Under the pieces are notes generated by a model, which was given only the letters and a program-made list of their open reading frames with translations, ran no database searches and was not told where the DNA came from. Positions 22,410 to 32,564 of a DNA stretch of 41,315 bases are shown here, piece after piece (position 1 is the stretch's first letter; the number at the start of each line of letters is the position of its first letter). The DNA is from Amoebophrya sp. A120. Lineage: Eukaryota; Protista; Dinoflagellata. Position numbers and translations under genes: made by a program. Where the stretch lies: NCBI GenBank assembly GCA_905178155.1, contig CAJINV010000021.1, positions 1 to 41,315 of the forward strand, in the 5' to 3' direction.

Positions 22410-23754
22410 GCGGAAAACAAAAAAATGCTTTCCTCTTTGTGCCATTGGTTGCCAATTCTTTTTTGATGCACTTCCCTGATGCAAAATCATTTTCTCTTTT
22501 TCAAGTTCAGTTTGTTTCGCTTCACCTCTCGCCAACACTAGTCTGTTATTGTATTCCACCGCAGTTGTCGACGTGTTCTGGATAGGAATCAAGTGCCACT
22601 TTCTCGACTCGTGTTTCTGGCAATGTCGGAAAGTCAAAGAAATTTCAAAGGGATACAGGAAGTCGAAGTAGGACGGACATGCTTCTTCCTACCTGCAAGG
22701 TGAAGGTTGTTGTTCAGCCCGCCCCTTGGTGTCGTGATCGGTAAGTAGTAAAACCAGGTTCAGGTTTTACGGATTGTACAGAGTAGAGATTCCTAGTACA
22801 ACAGCTGTGATCCTGGTCCCGCTCTGTAGCAATGCAAATCGTCTCAGATAATGATGAAAAGTCGTTCCGATGAAATTATCGTACTGCAAGAACTTTCCAG
22901 CTCCTTATAGACAAAAGGCTCACAGGCACAACTCGTAAATGCGTGCAAAACACCTCCACATGTGATACAACTAGCCCCGCTTGGTCGAGGACGCATCGTG
23001 CGCGTTCGCGCGCCGCAGGCCCAGCGGGGGGTGCCGGGTTGCAATAATACCATCGTCGTCCACCTCGTCGTCGTCGTGCCATCAGTAAGGATACAAGATC
23101 ACAACTATCTTCCTTTCGTCCCTGTCAAGAAAGCAAAACACGACTCGTGTGCGTGTCTGGTGCTCCTGCATGATGGAGGTACGCAATAAGACAGCTCAGC
23201 ATAGTACCCTCCTTGTTCAGCTGAAGCTCAAGCTGTTCTTCTAGTCAGTGCATGGTCGCTTCTTAACAAGTAAAAAGAACCAACATCGCAACAACATTAA
23301 CAGGCCGAGTTTATTCCCTGATAACCCATAATACCTCATTTCACCTTATCGCTCCCCCGCTGATACACCGTTTGGTTTGGCTCTATTGCCTCTTCCTGTC
23401 TAGACATCGTCTCAAACTTCTCGTTCTCGCTGGCCCAAAACCAACTCGTGTAGACGTTGGTACCATGTTGATGATTGATAGCCGGACGCAGTAGGAGGAA
23501 CCTGAAAATGCGAACGAAGATGGATGAAAAGAACTGGGATCTTCATAGGAACTGCACCTACCCCCCCACTGCGGTCCACCTCGATGATTGAATGATTGAC
23601 TCCCCTCTACTCTAGCTTCGGTTCGTTTTTCTCCGTTTTCGTAGAAGATCGCGTTCTCACACCGCCCAACTCGAGGGGAAGAGCCGGTCTCAAAGTAAAA
23701 GGACAGCAGGCAGCACGAACCTTATCCGGGCTGTCACGGGCGGGACGATCGAAC

Positions 23755-26700
23755 ATGTGGTCTGTTGTGCTCCGCAAGGCGGTGTATCACTTTGGCGTGC
23801 TTCAGGCGTTCTCTGGTCTAGCTTTTCCGCCTTTCTGCGACTTCGAGGACGACATTCATGTGGCTCAAAAGATAGAAGATCAAGATCATTTGCTCCTCGG
23901 TGCAGCAAGGACCGCCGGGGAAGTAGCGTTGGGCGAAGATTCTTGTGTGGAGGGTTTTGCGTATCAAAATCGTGTTCTGAGGAGACAGAACGCAAGATCC
24001 ACTTCTACACGGTCTAGTCGCTGTGGTGGACATGAAAAAGGGAATGAAGCTGGAGGCGTTGCCCTTAGGCAACCAAAGAAAACAACATCAGCCATGACGA
24101 GGACTCTGTCAAGAAGAACATTTTTAATGGCATACGCCGTGGTTCTCGACCGCAGTACGCCGTGGGTCTCGACCGCAGAAGAGACCCGACCGACTCCCCG
24201 CAGAAAAAAATCGCTTCTGCAGAGGGGCAAGAGCAGCGCATTTATTTTAACGCCTCCATCATTGACCTCGACTGTGAGTAATCCTCATAAAAATAGGATT
24301 GCGGCAGAAAGAGGACATAGACGGGCGCTCCGCCGCACAGAAGGACGAGGGTTTACGCAAAAAGTGGAAGTAGATAAGATCCTCCAGCATCAAGAAGCTT
24401 TTCCCGCACCACTGCTGGCACAACATCTTCATCACCAGGACCACCACGCTGGCAGCCTGAACAAAGCAGGCGAAGAACAAGCTGCAAAAAAGGACGTCAA
24501 AACGGAGCAAGTCGAAGTCCCCTTTCACCCAGACTTTTTCGACGCCCGAATCAGCGAGCGCAGCACGGCGGCGTCCGCGGAGGGGAATGATATTTTTAGC
24601 GGTTCAACATCTACTTCCACCGGTCCTCGCGCGCCGCTGGACTACGGAACCCACTGGGTGGGGCCCGAATGGTCTGAGTCCCGCTACGGGACGGATCCCA
24701 TGCAGGGAACTTTTCTCACAGGAACGGAAAAAGTGGAAAACTCGACCAACACCTGCACTGAAGTAGCCAACTTTGACCCGTTCGCCGGCGGATACTGGTG
24801 GGAGATAAGGTGGAAAACCAGTTCTGACGTCTCAGCGGAGGCGGGGGGAGACGGAGAACAAGTACAACAAGCTGCTGGAGGCAGCGCCTCTGATGTGTTA
24901 ACATCAAGTGTATTAAAAACGAACAGCGCCCGATACGTTTACACTATACGGTTTTTCAACCGGCGTGGGAAAGAGCACGAGCTGAATCACGCGTACTTGT
25001 ACGTCGACGACGAGCACCTGCCGCACCAAGGGATTCCCATTGGCGCGATCTCGTCCGCGCCCGCGAATGTGAGTGTCGGCCTGTTTACCACCGGTGGGAC
25101 GGTTGTGCAAGTCGGCAAAGTAGTGCGGGAAAAGCTGCGCATTTGGAAGTCGAACGCCTTCAGCTTATGTGGGATTTTCGTGTACGGACTGATGCAGCGC
25201 TACCCCAGCTCCGCACTCCGCGCGACCCAAGAGTCAAACGGCGACCACGTTTTTCCGCGGGATAACGGGGCGGCTATCTGTCCGATTGACCCGCATTGGT
25301 ACGAGTTCGGCCGGTGGCCGGTGGCACTCTCGCACACCGCGGCGGGTGGGGGCAACCGGGGCAGGTACTGGCAACTGGAATTCGCGGATAGGGAGCCGCA
25401 CTACGTGGATCTTATCGGAAGGAAAAAGCTTCTGCAGTTTCACGACTGTGATAAAAACATTTTTCATAAAATTGCAGAGCAGGATACTAGTGCAAAAGAA
25501 TAGAGACAGAACAGCTTTGTCTTGCTCTTGCAATGTCTATGTTTCTACCTTTAAATAACCGTCGTGTTTGAAGTACTTTCGATCCTTTGGCAGGTCATTC
25601 GCGCGCTCATATGTTTGTATTCCACGACCGCACGTCGAAGGCAGGCCTGTCTCTGTCGTGCGAAAGAAGCAAGTATGTAGTTCCTCTCCTTTTAAAAGCA
25701 ATATCATAAAGCTGCGGTATAGAGGAAACCCTACTTTTTCCTTTCGATAGCCTAGATCCGACTGTTGAACCGGCGCGACTGTTGTCCGGATCGGCTGGAT
25801 AGACTCTACGTGTACTTCGACGAGGAGGCGGACAAGATCCCCGCAGTACACGAAGCCTTCGCCCTAAACGACGGCACCCACACGGTCGGGGGCGGCCGCG
25901 AGATCGCGGCCGCGCCCTGGGGCAGTATGGTGAGGATCGAGCGGTCGTTTCGCAAGATGAAACTGCAGAACACGGGCGGTACGTTAGAGTTCGTCGTGTC
26001 GCTTTCCGGGATTGATGTGTATGCCGATACGACAGTGGACCCAACAGGAAGGATTTTGGAGGTAGTTTCAGAAAATCCGTGGACGAGGAGTACAACTAGC
26101 AGTAGTTCTACGAGCAGTTCTACGACCACCTCCTCCTCTTTGAGCAACATCTCCCCGGCGGCAGTTTCTGGCACCTCCGAGGAGATCACTTCAGTTTCAG
26201 CGCAGCCAGTCGATGTTGTTGTTGAGAAGGAGATGGTAAATGATCCTCTCCCTCAGCCTGAGGGAGAGCCTGTAGTTCTTGGCGGTCAAGAAGAGGAAGA
26301 ACATGTTGAAAAACAAGTCTCATCCTCGACCAGCACCACAACCATAACTATTCCGACCCCGCCACCAGCGACGCCGTCGCCGGAGTCCACTGCCGAGACG
26401 CCGACGCCGCCTGGGCCCTCCTCGGGCGAGTCAGAGGATCAGGACGGGGTGAAGAAAGTGGCGGAGCCCACGACCGAGAAGGCCGCGCCTGGGCCCTCCT
26501 CGCGCGAGTCAGAGGATCAGGACGTGGTGAAGCGCCAGACAGATCATAACGTGTATCAAGGAGCTCCTGTTCATCTTGAAGCCCATGATGCAAAGGAAAG
26601 TGACACAGAGGAACATGATTCCGAAGTAGAGGGGACTCCATTGAGCAATTCGGCGGACATCACACCCTTGCTGGGAGATGGTGCGGAAAGTAGAACTGAC

Positions 26701-27484
26701 CAGGTTGCGTCGCAGGTGCAGAACAAGATGCAGAGCAACTATTTGCTTCCCCCGGACCTGATGCAGACGCTAGCGCTCTTGGGGAGAGATGCAAAAAAAG
26801 AGAGCAACAGCACGGAAGAAACGGGAGGAGGTGCGGGAGGAGACAGCACAGAGAACAACACCGAGGCAGCGTGCCTGCGTATTGCACTCATCGCAGTCAT
26901 AGCTATCGATCGAGAAACGAAACTACAAACCTGCAGTAGGTGATGTTCATGCGCCACTTTCATTCATTTGGATTTGTCGCGCAAATTGAGCACGGTAGTT
27001 TGTGGAGCGACTGCTTTTGTTTAAGGAAGTGAGCAAAGAGCATTCTGGCTGCATAGAAGAAAAAAAAGCTTTTGTGCAAGTGGAGGTCCTGCTCTGTTGT
27101 GCATGATGCAGAGCTTACGTCTTTCTCTTTTTGTCATCTGATTTCGGTCGCACCAGCTGCTTCTCCTGCTCATGCGTATGCAAATGTATGAAGGGGAAAG
27201 ATGACCCATGGGGCTGTAGTAAGTAGTTTATGTTTGGTTTGATAATGGGTGGTGTGCTGGTGGTGTGCACAGTGTTCGTGATTGCGTTCCACATCGGAGA
27301 AGAGCACGATCGGGAAGATCATGCAGGGGGAGCACCGATACTAGCGGCAGGGGCTGCTTCGCGGACCAGCGCATTTCTAAATACTTTTGTGGCAGACGGG
27401 GCAGCTGCCTCCTCGTCGGGCTTTGATCCGGATTCGGGTCAACTGGAGGAGGATGAAGAACGATTCACTTTCGGGAAATTGTAG
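23755..27484 (+). CDS. Gene 6, about 1000 aa type I membrane protein with two tandem F-type lectin (fucolectin/discoidin-fold) domains and a mucin-like S/T/P/E stalk. Exons 23755-25412, 25755-about 26865, 27227-27484
   Basis: Signal-like MWSVVLRKAVYHFGVLQAFSGLAF. Domain 1: YWWEIRW...TIRFFNR...SLCGIFVYG. Domain 2: SHT...YWQLEF...V|DLIRLLNRRDCCPDRL...SLSGIDVY. TM segment FGLIMGGVLVVCTVFVIAF. The last donor is uncertain (GC at 26866 or GT at 26896; both are phase-compatible with AG at 27226). Confidence 0.75.
25413..25749. mobile_element. TIR intron element E11 (337 bp, divergent)
   Basis: 16-bp TIR tatcg.aaggaaaaag with 1 mismatch; flanks gatct/gccta are no longer a repeat; removing 342 nt rebuilds the lectin motif. 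Confidence 0.85.
26409..26532 (+). repeat. Coding direct repeat, about 46 bp at 78-bp period (PGPSS.ESEDQD.VK x2)
   Basis: gcctgggccctcctcg.gcgagtcagaggatcaggacg.ggtgaag at 26409 and 26487. Confidence 0.9.
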
Positions 27485-28325
27485 CTGGTTTTAGGGCAAA
27501 AAAATCTTTTTGCAGTTTTATTCCGCTGAGCTGACAAGAATGAACGTGAACGTGATTTACGACCGCTGTCTTGGGATGTTCTCGCAAGGTCTAAAGCGGT
27601 CGGGTGGCTACGTATTTTTCTTACCAAAAAAACAAAAAGTATTTGCTGTTGATTTAGGCCTTTCGTTTTTAGGAAAAAATCATCACAGAAGGGGGCGATG
27701 AGACACACTGTGAATCTTGTTGGAGCCCGAAGTCGCAAATCACAAAAAACGCTAATGTTTTTTTAGATATCATGGGTATAATCAGAGATGTGCTCATGTT
27801 CTTCCTTGTAGCAGCGGTAGTTTGAATACAAAGGCATGCTGTGTACATGACAGCGTGCGATAATTTTCGCTTACAATTTCCTGTTGCTCGTCTTGTTTGA
27901 ATTTGGAAAGCAGCGCGTCGTTTTCGTTGTCTTCCGGTGGCAAAGCTAGCAAATCGTACAAATTAGAGCAAATATCGTGGTCCTCGTTGTTTTAGAATAG
28001 TTTGTGTAGTTGTCACATTGTCGTTCGTATAGAAAAATCGTCCACTAAAAAACGTACGTCCAGTTAGCACTTTGTATCGCTTCAGCAGGTAGTGCTGCAG
28101 TTTTTTCAATGATGATAAAGAAAGGTGTCCCTCAACGCCGTATAATGTTTGAATTTCCGCCTCAGGTTTCTACGACGTCGAACCCAAAGGTAGATCTAGC
28201 ACAGTTTTTGGTTGGTAGATTGAGTACAAAAAGAACACCTACCTCAATTTAATCACCAACTTTCAATCGCATACCGTCAGCGTGCATTAGAATCGCGCTC
28301 CACCTCGAGCTGCAACTCGGTGGAG

Positions 28326-31300
28326 ATGTTTCATCCTGAAAAAGCAGCAGGTGACCCCCACCTCGCAGCGGAAAAAGCGAAGGGGCTCGTCGATGCCTTC
28401 TCGTCCCGAGGAAACTGCCCCCCTCGGCGTGGCGGAACCTCTTGCGGAGCTTCTGGTCGTCCCCGAGCTCGACCTGTTTTGATGCTGGTCTACGCCACTG
28501 CAGCACAGCTTTTTCCCGGGGGGTTCTACTTGCAAGGTTCCCTTGCCCTGTTTCGCGGTAGAAGAGGCACCACGTCGGCGGCGCAGGGCAAAACAGCGAG
28601 AAAAAATTCCCCCTCTTTGCTGGGGCGGAGCACGACCACCAAGGGGGACCTGGAGGGGGGGAAAAAGAACGTCGTGGGCAGTAGTCGTGGGACAAAAATG
28701 TTGATGTCACGACCTGTGGATGATGATGATGAAGCAGAGTTGGAAAAAGACGGTGACCACCGGGATGAGGAAATAGATCCCAGTCATTTATTGGCCGCCG
28801 CTTCTGTGGAACAAACACCAACACGGAAGGGCAAATTCTTGCAGCTCTTCCGCGGGACGAGGGAGAACAAAGGGATGAACCAACCGAGTAAACGCGATCA
28901 AAAGACCACGTTCTTGCAGTCCAGAGCGTCTTCGACGCACGAGCAGAAGCAACGGAAGAAAGTCCTCCGCAGCGGAAGTACCTCCACAAGAACCTCCAAA
29001 GCAGGGAAGACAGCGCAGCAGCTGGACAGCACAGCGAGCTCGCGCAGGAGGAGGAGCGCGCGCAGGAGGCGACGGAGCGCCGGGTCACGCGATTTCGGGA
29101 CGCACGAGGAAGATTACGGCGACTCTGACCACCCGGAAATCAAGTACGAGTACTCGTGCAAATACCACGCGACGAAGTACAGAGATGCGGCCACCGACGC
29201 CAGATACAATACGATGATGGCCGTCTACACCACTCTGAATTACATTGACACTTCGAACATGGGGCTCCTGGACCCGAGGGTCGAGACCGTGGAAAATTGG
29301 GTCGCGGACCCGTTGGACCGGGTCTTCATTCTGCTGCTGCCGGAGCACCAGCAGGGGGGCGCGGAAATTCGCAAGTACACCAAGAGACTGTGCGAGAACT
29401 GGGCGGACTATTTTGACGAGAAAGAGCTTGGTGACGGGGACGGCGAACCGAAGATCGAGCTGGGAAAGGACAGCGATACGCACATCGTGGTCCCCCTGTT
29501 TCGGTCCTACAAGGACAAAAAAAACGGCGAATTCTTTTGGGGCGACGAGTCGGAGACGGATTATGGGCACGACGACAACTTGTTTGGTGTCAACCACGGG
29601 TATCGCTCGACCAACCCGGTCCCGGGGGACGACATCCAAGTTACCTCCTTTGAAATGCTGGACACACTGGTAACACGGCTGATCCCTCGCGTGAAAAAGC
29701 AGATCGTGGTGGTGGGACGAGCGGGGCAACGGTGGGCGTTGATGAGCCGCATTCCGCTGGACACCCTGCAGGGAGACACGGGTCACGTGAATCGCATCGA
29801 TGTTTTGTTCGGGCAGGAGAATTCCTACGGCTATTTGGACAACCTACGGACTACGGCTCATTGGAAAGGAGGGAATTGCCGCGGTCCGAATAAGGCATCC
29901 GGCAACTGCGGGGAGCCAACTGATAACGAGTGGACGACCGAGTTGCAAGAGACGGTTCCGAACGTGCTCTGGACCGCGTTGGCCGACAAGGCGGGGGAAG
30001 CAGAGTTTTTGCTGCAGGGTAAAGAAGAAGACTACCTGCTTCAGCCGCCGGATGGGCTGCTGCCGTCGCAGTCGCAAGCAAACGTTGCTGCGTACTTGAA
30101 AAACGAGGTCTTCTCCCGGTTCAGAATCCACATGACGGTGGACGTGAATGATCGTTGCCTGAGTCTGGAGGACCACCCGGTGGCTGCGTTTCGAAAGGTC
30201 TATACAGACTCGAACACGTTGGGGGTCTTTCACAAGCACTACCTGTTCGAAGACGATTTCTGTGACGATTCCGAAGATTTCGTTCACGACCGCAACGACG
30301 CAACCCGGCTGGCCTTTTCCCAGGGGTTTCACCGGTTCCAACGTGCGAAGTCGTTTCAATTTTGGATGAAAAAACACCTGGACACGACCAACATGCAGAA
30401 TGTCGAAGATGACCACTTTGTCATTCATGACTGCGATGCGGAATTTGGCAAGGGCAGCGCCTCCAAGTGCCGCCACACGGAGAGCTTCATAAAACGGGCA
30501 GCGCGGCGAATCGCCCAGGGAGAGTACGGCCCGGTCAAATTGGACGAGTACAGCCCAGACTCGGAGGCGGACGAAGCGGGCGCGCAAGAAGAACTGAAGG
30601 CGCTGGAGGGGTTGAGAGAGGACGCGGACAACTCGTTGGACGTCGCCGTGGATGCGAAGGACGCGGCCGAAGACGCAAATACTATCGCGCAAACGCAGAA
30701 GGAAAACGCCGAGTCCCACCGGGGCGAGGCGCAGAAGGCTGGCGCTTCGGCGGCCGAGGCGGCGGTCTCGGCTACAAGGGCCGAGACGGCGGCGGACGCG
30801 GCGGGTGAGGCAATGAGAGCGGCGGAGACGGCCCGGCAGGAGGCCGTGGAGGCTGCAGCCGCTGTGGAAACTGCGGCCAAAACAGCGGCGGACAGGGGAG
30901 TAATGCTGGAGATATACTCTGCGAGTGCCCTGTACAATGAATTGCTCCAAACAGTGGAAGATGTGCGCACCATCGCGCAGACCGCGGCCACGGTCAAGGC
31001 TGACGCGGAGAAAGCAGCGAACGATGCCGAAGCTGCGCATGCAGCCGCAACTGCCGCAGCACAGGCTGCGAGGGCCGCCGCGAACAGTAAGGACGGTGGA
31101 TCTGCCGACGGCGCAGGTTCGGAGGTGCTGGAGGAGCTGGGCAACCTGGAAACACAGGCTAAACAGGCGCTGGCTGACGCCAGAGCCGCCAAGGGCGCAG
31201 CCGATGCTGCGGACACTACCGCGCAAGCGAAGAGGGCAGAGGCGGAAGATGCCAGCGCGGAGGCACAGAAGCTGGAACTTTCGGTGAGCCAGGCGGCTGC

Positions 31301-32564
31301 TTTTGTCTCACAGGCCGAAGCGGCGGTGGACGAAGCGCGCGTCGCAAAAACAGCGGCGGTGAATGCGACGAAAGATGCCGAGGCGGCCGCTGAGGTTGCC
31401 GCCCAGAACGCGGAAGATGCCGAGGCGCTTGCGAGTCAACACTCCGGCACGGAAATCGAAGCGGCAGGGGTTCGAGTTCGTGTCCTTGCAAACAGCGTGC
31501 ACACGGTGTTCGCTGAAACAACATCTGCCAAGAACGCGACAGTTGCCGCGTATCTTGCCGCATCTGCGGCTGCGAGGGCTGCTGCGGATCATGTTGGCGA
31601 TGGACTCATGCAAGCCCCACTGCAAATTGCCCGCGAACAGTTGGCTGCTGCCGAAGCTGCGCTTGAGCTGGCCCAAGGCTCCTTGGCTGACGCCGAAGGC
31701 GCCCGGGAACGCGCGCAGAGCCACCAGGCCGAGGCAGAGAAGGCCGAGACCTCGGCTGCGGCAGCGGCTTGGGCCACGAAGGCGGAGGAGGCGGCGGGCG
31801 CCGCACGCACTGCAAAAGAATCGGCGTCGCTTGCAGCGGCGGAGGCCCAGAATGCCGCCGATTATGCGGGGGAGAAAGCGGACCACGCAGAGACCCATGC
31901 GGGAGGCTCCGATCAGGAGGAGCAAGCGGGGACGGTTCGCACCCTCGCGGGGCAGGCGCAAACAGCAGCTAGCAGCGCGGCCCAAGCGGCAAGTGAGGCC
32001 GCAGACGCGCACACAGCCGCAACTGGCGCAGCAAATGCTGCGAGGGCCGCTGCAGATTCGAAAGCCGAAGAAGAGGGCGCTGGGAATGCCGGGGGCAGCG
32101 GCGCCGGCACTGGCGACGATGCTGGGAATGCCGGTGACAGCGGCGCCGACACTGGCGACGATGCTGGGAATGCCGGGGGCAGCGGCGCCGACACTGGCGA
32201 AGAAGCTGGGAATGCCGGTGACAGCGGCGCCGACACTGGCGACGATGCTGGGAATGCCGGGGGCAGCGGCGCCGACGCTGGCGATGAAGCTGGGAATGCC
32301 GGTGATAGCGGCGCTGACGCTGCGGGAGGTACGGGGGGTGCCGGCGACGGCGAATCGACTTCGACCTCCGAAGGCGGAGATGGGAGCCTCAGCGGGGCCA
32401 GTTCCCAGCAAGAAGAGAACGCCGACGACGAGGCCGACGAGAGCCAGGTTCCCGGCGGTGGGAGCCAGGCGCCCGAGGGGGGCGAGGATGTTGGATTTGA
32501 CAGTGACACGGGCGTGGTCAACCTGCCGGACGATGTTGAGGAGGAGGGCGGTTGCTGCCGCTAG
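28326..32564 (+). CDS. Gene 7, about 1400 aa: basic N-terminal region, degenerate alpha/beta-hydrolase-like domain, Ala-rich coiled-coil stalk, Gly/Asp repeats, C-terminal GGCCR
   Basis: Intronless 4.2 kb ORF (first ATG at 28326; the true start may be later). Motifs TSFEMLDTLVTRL...IVVVG...QRWAL...NSYGYLD..R...AFSQG..RFQRA. Confidence 0.85.
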   Translation: MFHPEKAAGDPHLAAEKAKGLVDAFSSRGNCPPRRGGTSCGASGRPRARPVLMLVYATAAQLFPGGFYLQGSLALFRGRRGTTSAAQGKTARKNSPSLLGRSTTTKGDLEGGKKNVVGSSRGTKMLMSRPVDDDDEAELEKDGDHRDEEIDPSHLLAAASVEQTPTRKGKFLQLFRGTRENKGMNQPSKRDQKTTFLQSRASSTHEQKQRKKVLRSGSTSTRTSKAGKTAQQLDSTASSRRRRSARRRRRSAGSRDFGTHEEDYGDSDHPEIKYEYSCKYHATKYRDAATDARYNTMMAVYTTLNYIDTSNMGLLDPRVETVENWVADPLDRVFILLLPEHQQGGAEIRKYTKRLCENWADYFDEKELGDGDGEPKIELGKDSDTHIVVPLFRSYKDKKNGEFFWGDESETDYGHDDNLFGVNHGYRSTNPVPGDDIQVTSFEMLDTLVTRLIPRVKKQIVVVGRAGQRWALMSRIPLDTLQGDTGHVNRIDVLFGQENSYGYLDNLRTTAHWKGGNCRGPNKASGNCGEPTDNEWTTELQETVPNVLWTALADKAGEAEFLLQGKEEDYLLQPPDGLLPSQSQANVAAYLKNEVFSRFRIHMTVDVNDRCLSLEDHPVAAFRKVYTDSNTLGVFHKHYLFEDDFCDDSEDFVHDRNDATRLAFSQGFHRFQRAKSFQFWMKKHLDTTNMQNVEDDHFVIHDCDAEFGKGSASKCRHTESFIKRAARRIAQGEYGPVKLDEYSPDSEADEAGAQEELKALEGLREDADNSLDVAVDAKDAAEDANTIAQTQKENAESHRGEAQKAGASAAEAAVSATRAETAADAAGEAMRAAETARQEAVEAAAAVETAAKTAADRGVMLEIYSASALYNELLQTVEDVRTIAQTAATVKADAEKAANDAEAAHAAATAAAQAARAAANSKDGGSADGAGSEVLEELGNLETQAKQALADARAAKGAADAADTTAQAKRAEAEDASAEAQKLELSVSQAAAFVSQAEAAVDEARVAKTAAVNATKDAEAAAEVAAQNAEDAEALASQHSGTEIEAAGVRVRVLANSVHTVFAETTSAKNATVAAYLAASAAARAAADHVGDGLMQAPLQIAREQLAAAEAALELAQGSLADAEGARERAQSHQAEAEKAETSAAAAAWATKAEEAAGAARTAKESASLAAAEAQNAADYAGEKADHAETHAGGSDQEEQAGTVRTLAGQAQTAASSAAQAASEAADAHTAATGAANAARAAADSKAEEEGAGNAGGSGAGTGDDAGNAGDSGADTGDDAGNAGGSGADTGEEAGNAGDSGADTGDDAGNAGGSGADAGDEAGNAGDSGADAAGGTGGAGDGESTSTSEGGDGSLSGASSQQEENADDEADESQVPGGGSQAPEGGEDVGFDSDTGVVNLPDDVEEEGGCCR
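32079..32322 (+). repeat. Coding tandem repeat, 42 bp (14 aa, AGNAG[G/D]SGADTGDD) x about 5.8
   Basis: Units start at 32079, 32121, 32163, 32205, 32247 and 32289; strict G/D alternation gives an 84-bp higher-order unit. Confidence 0.95.
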
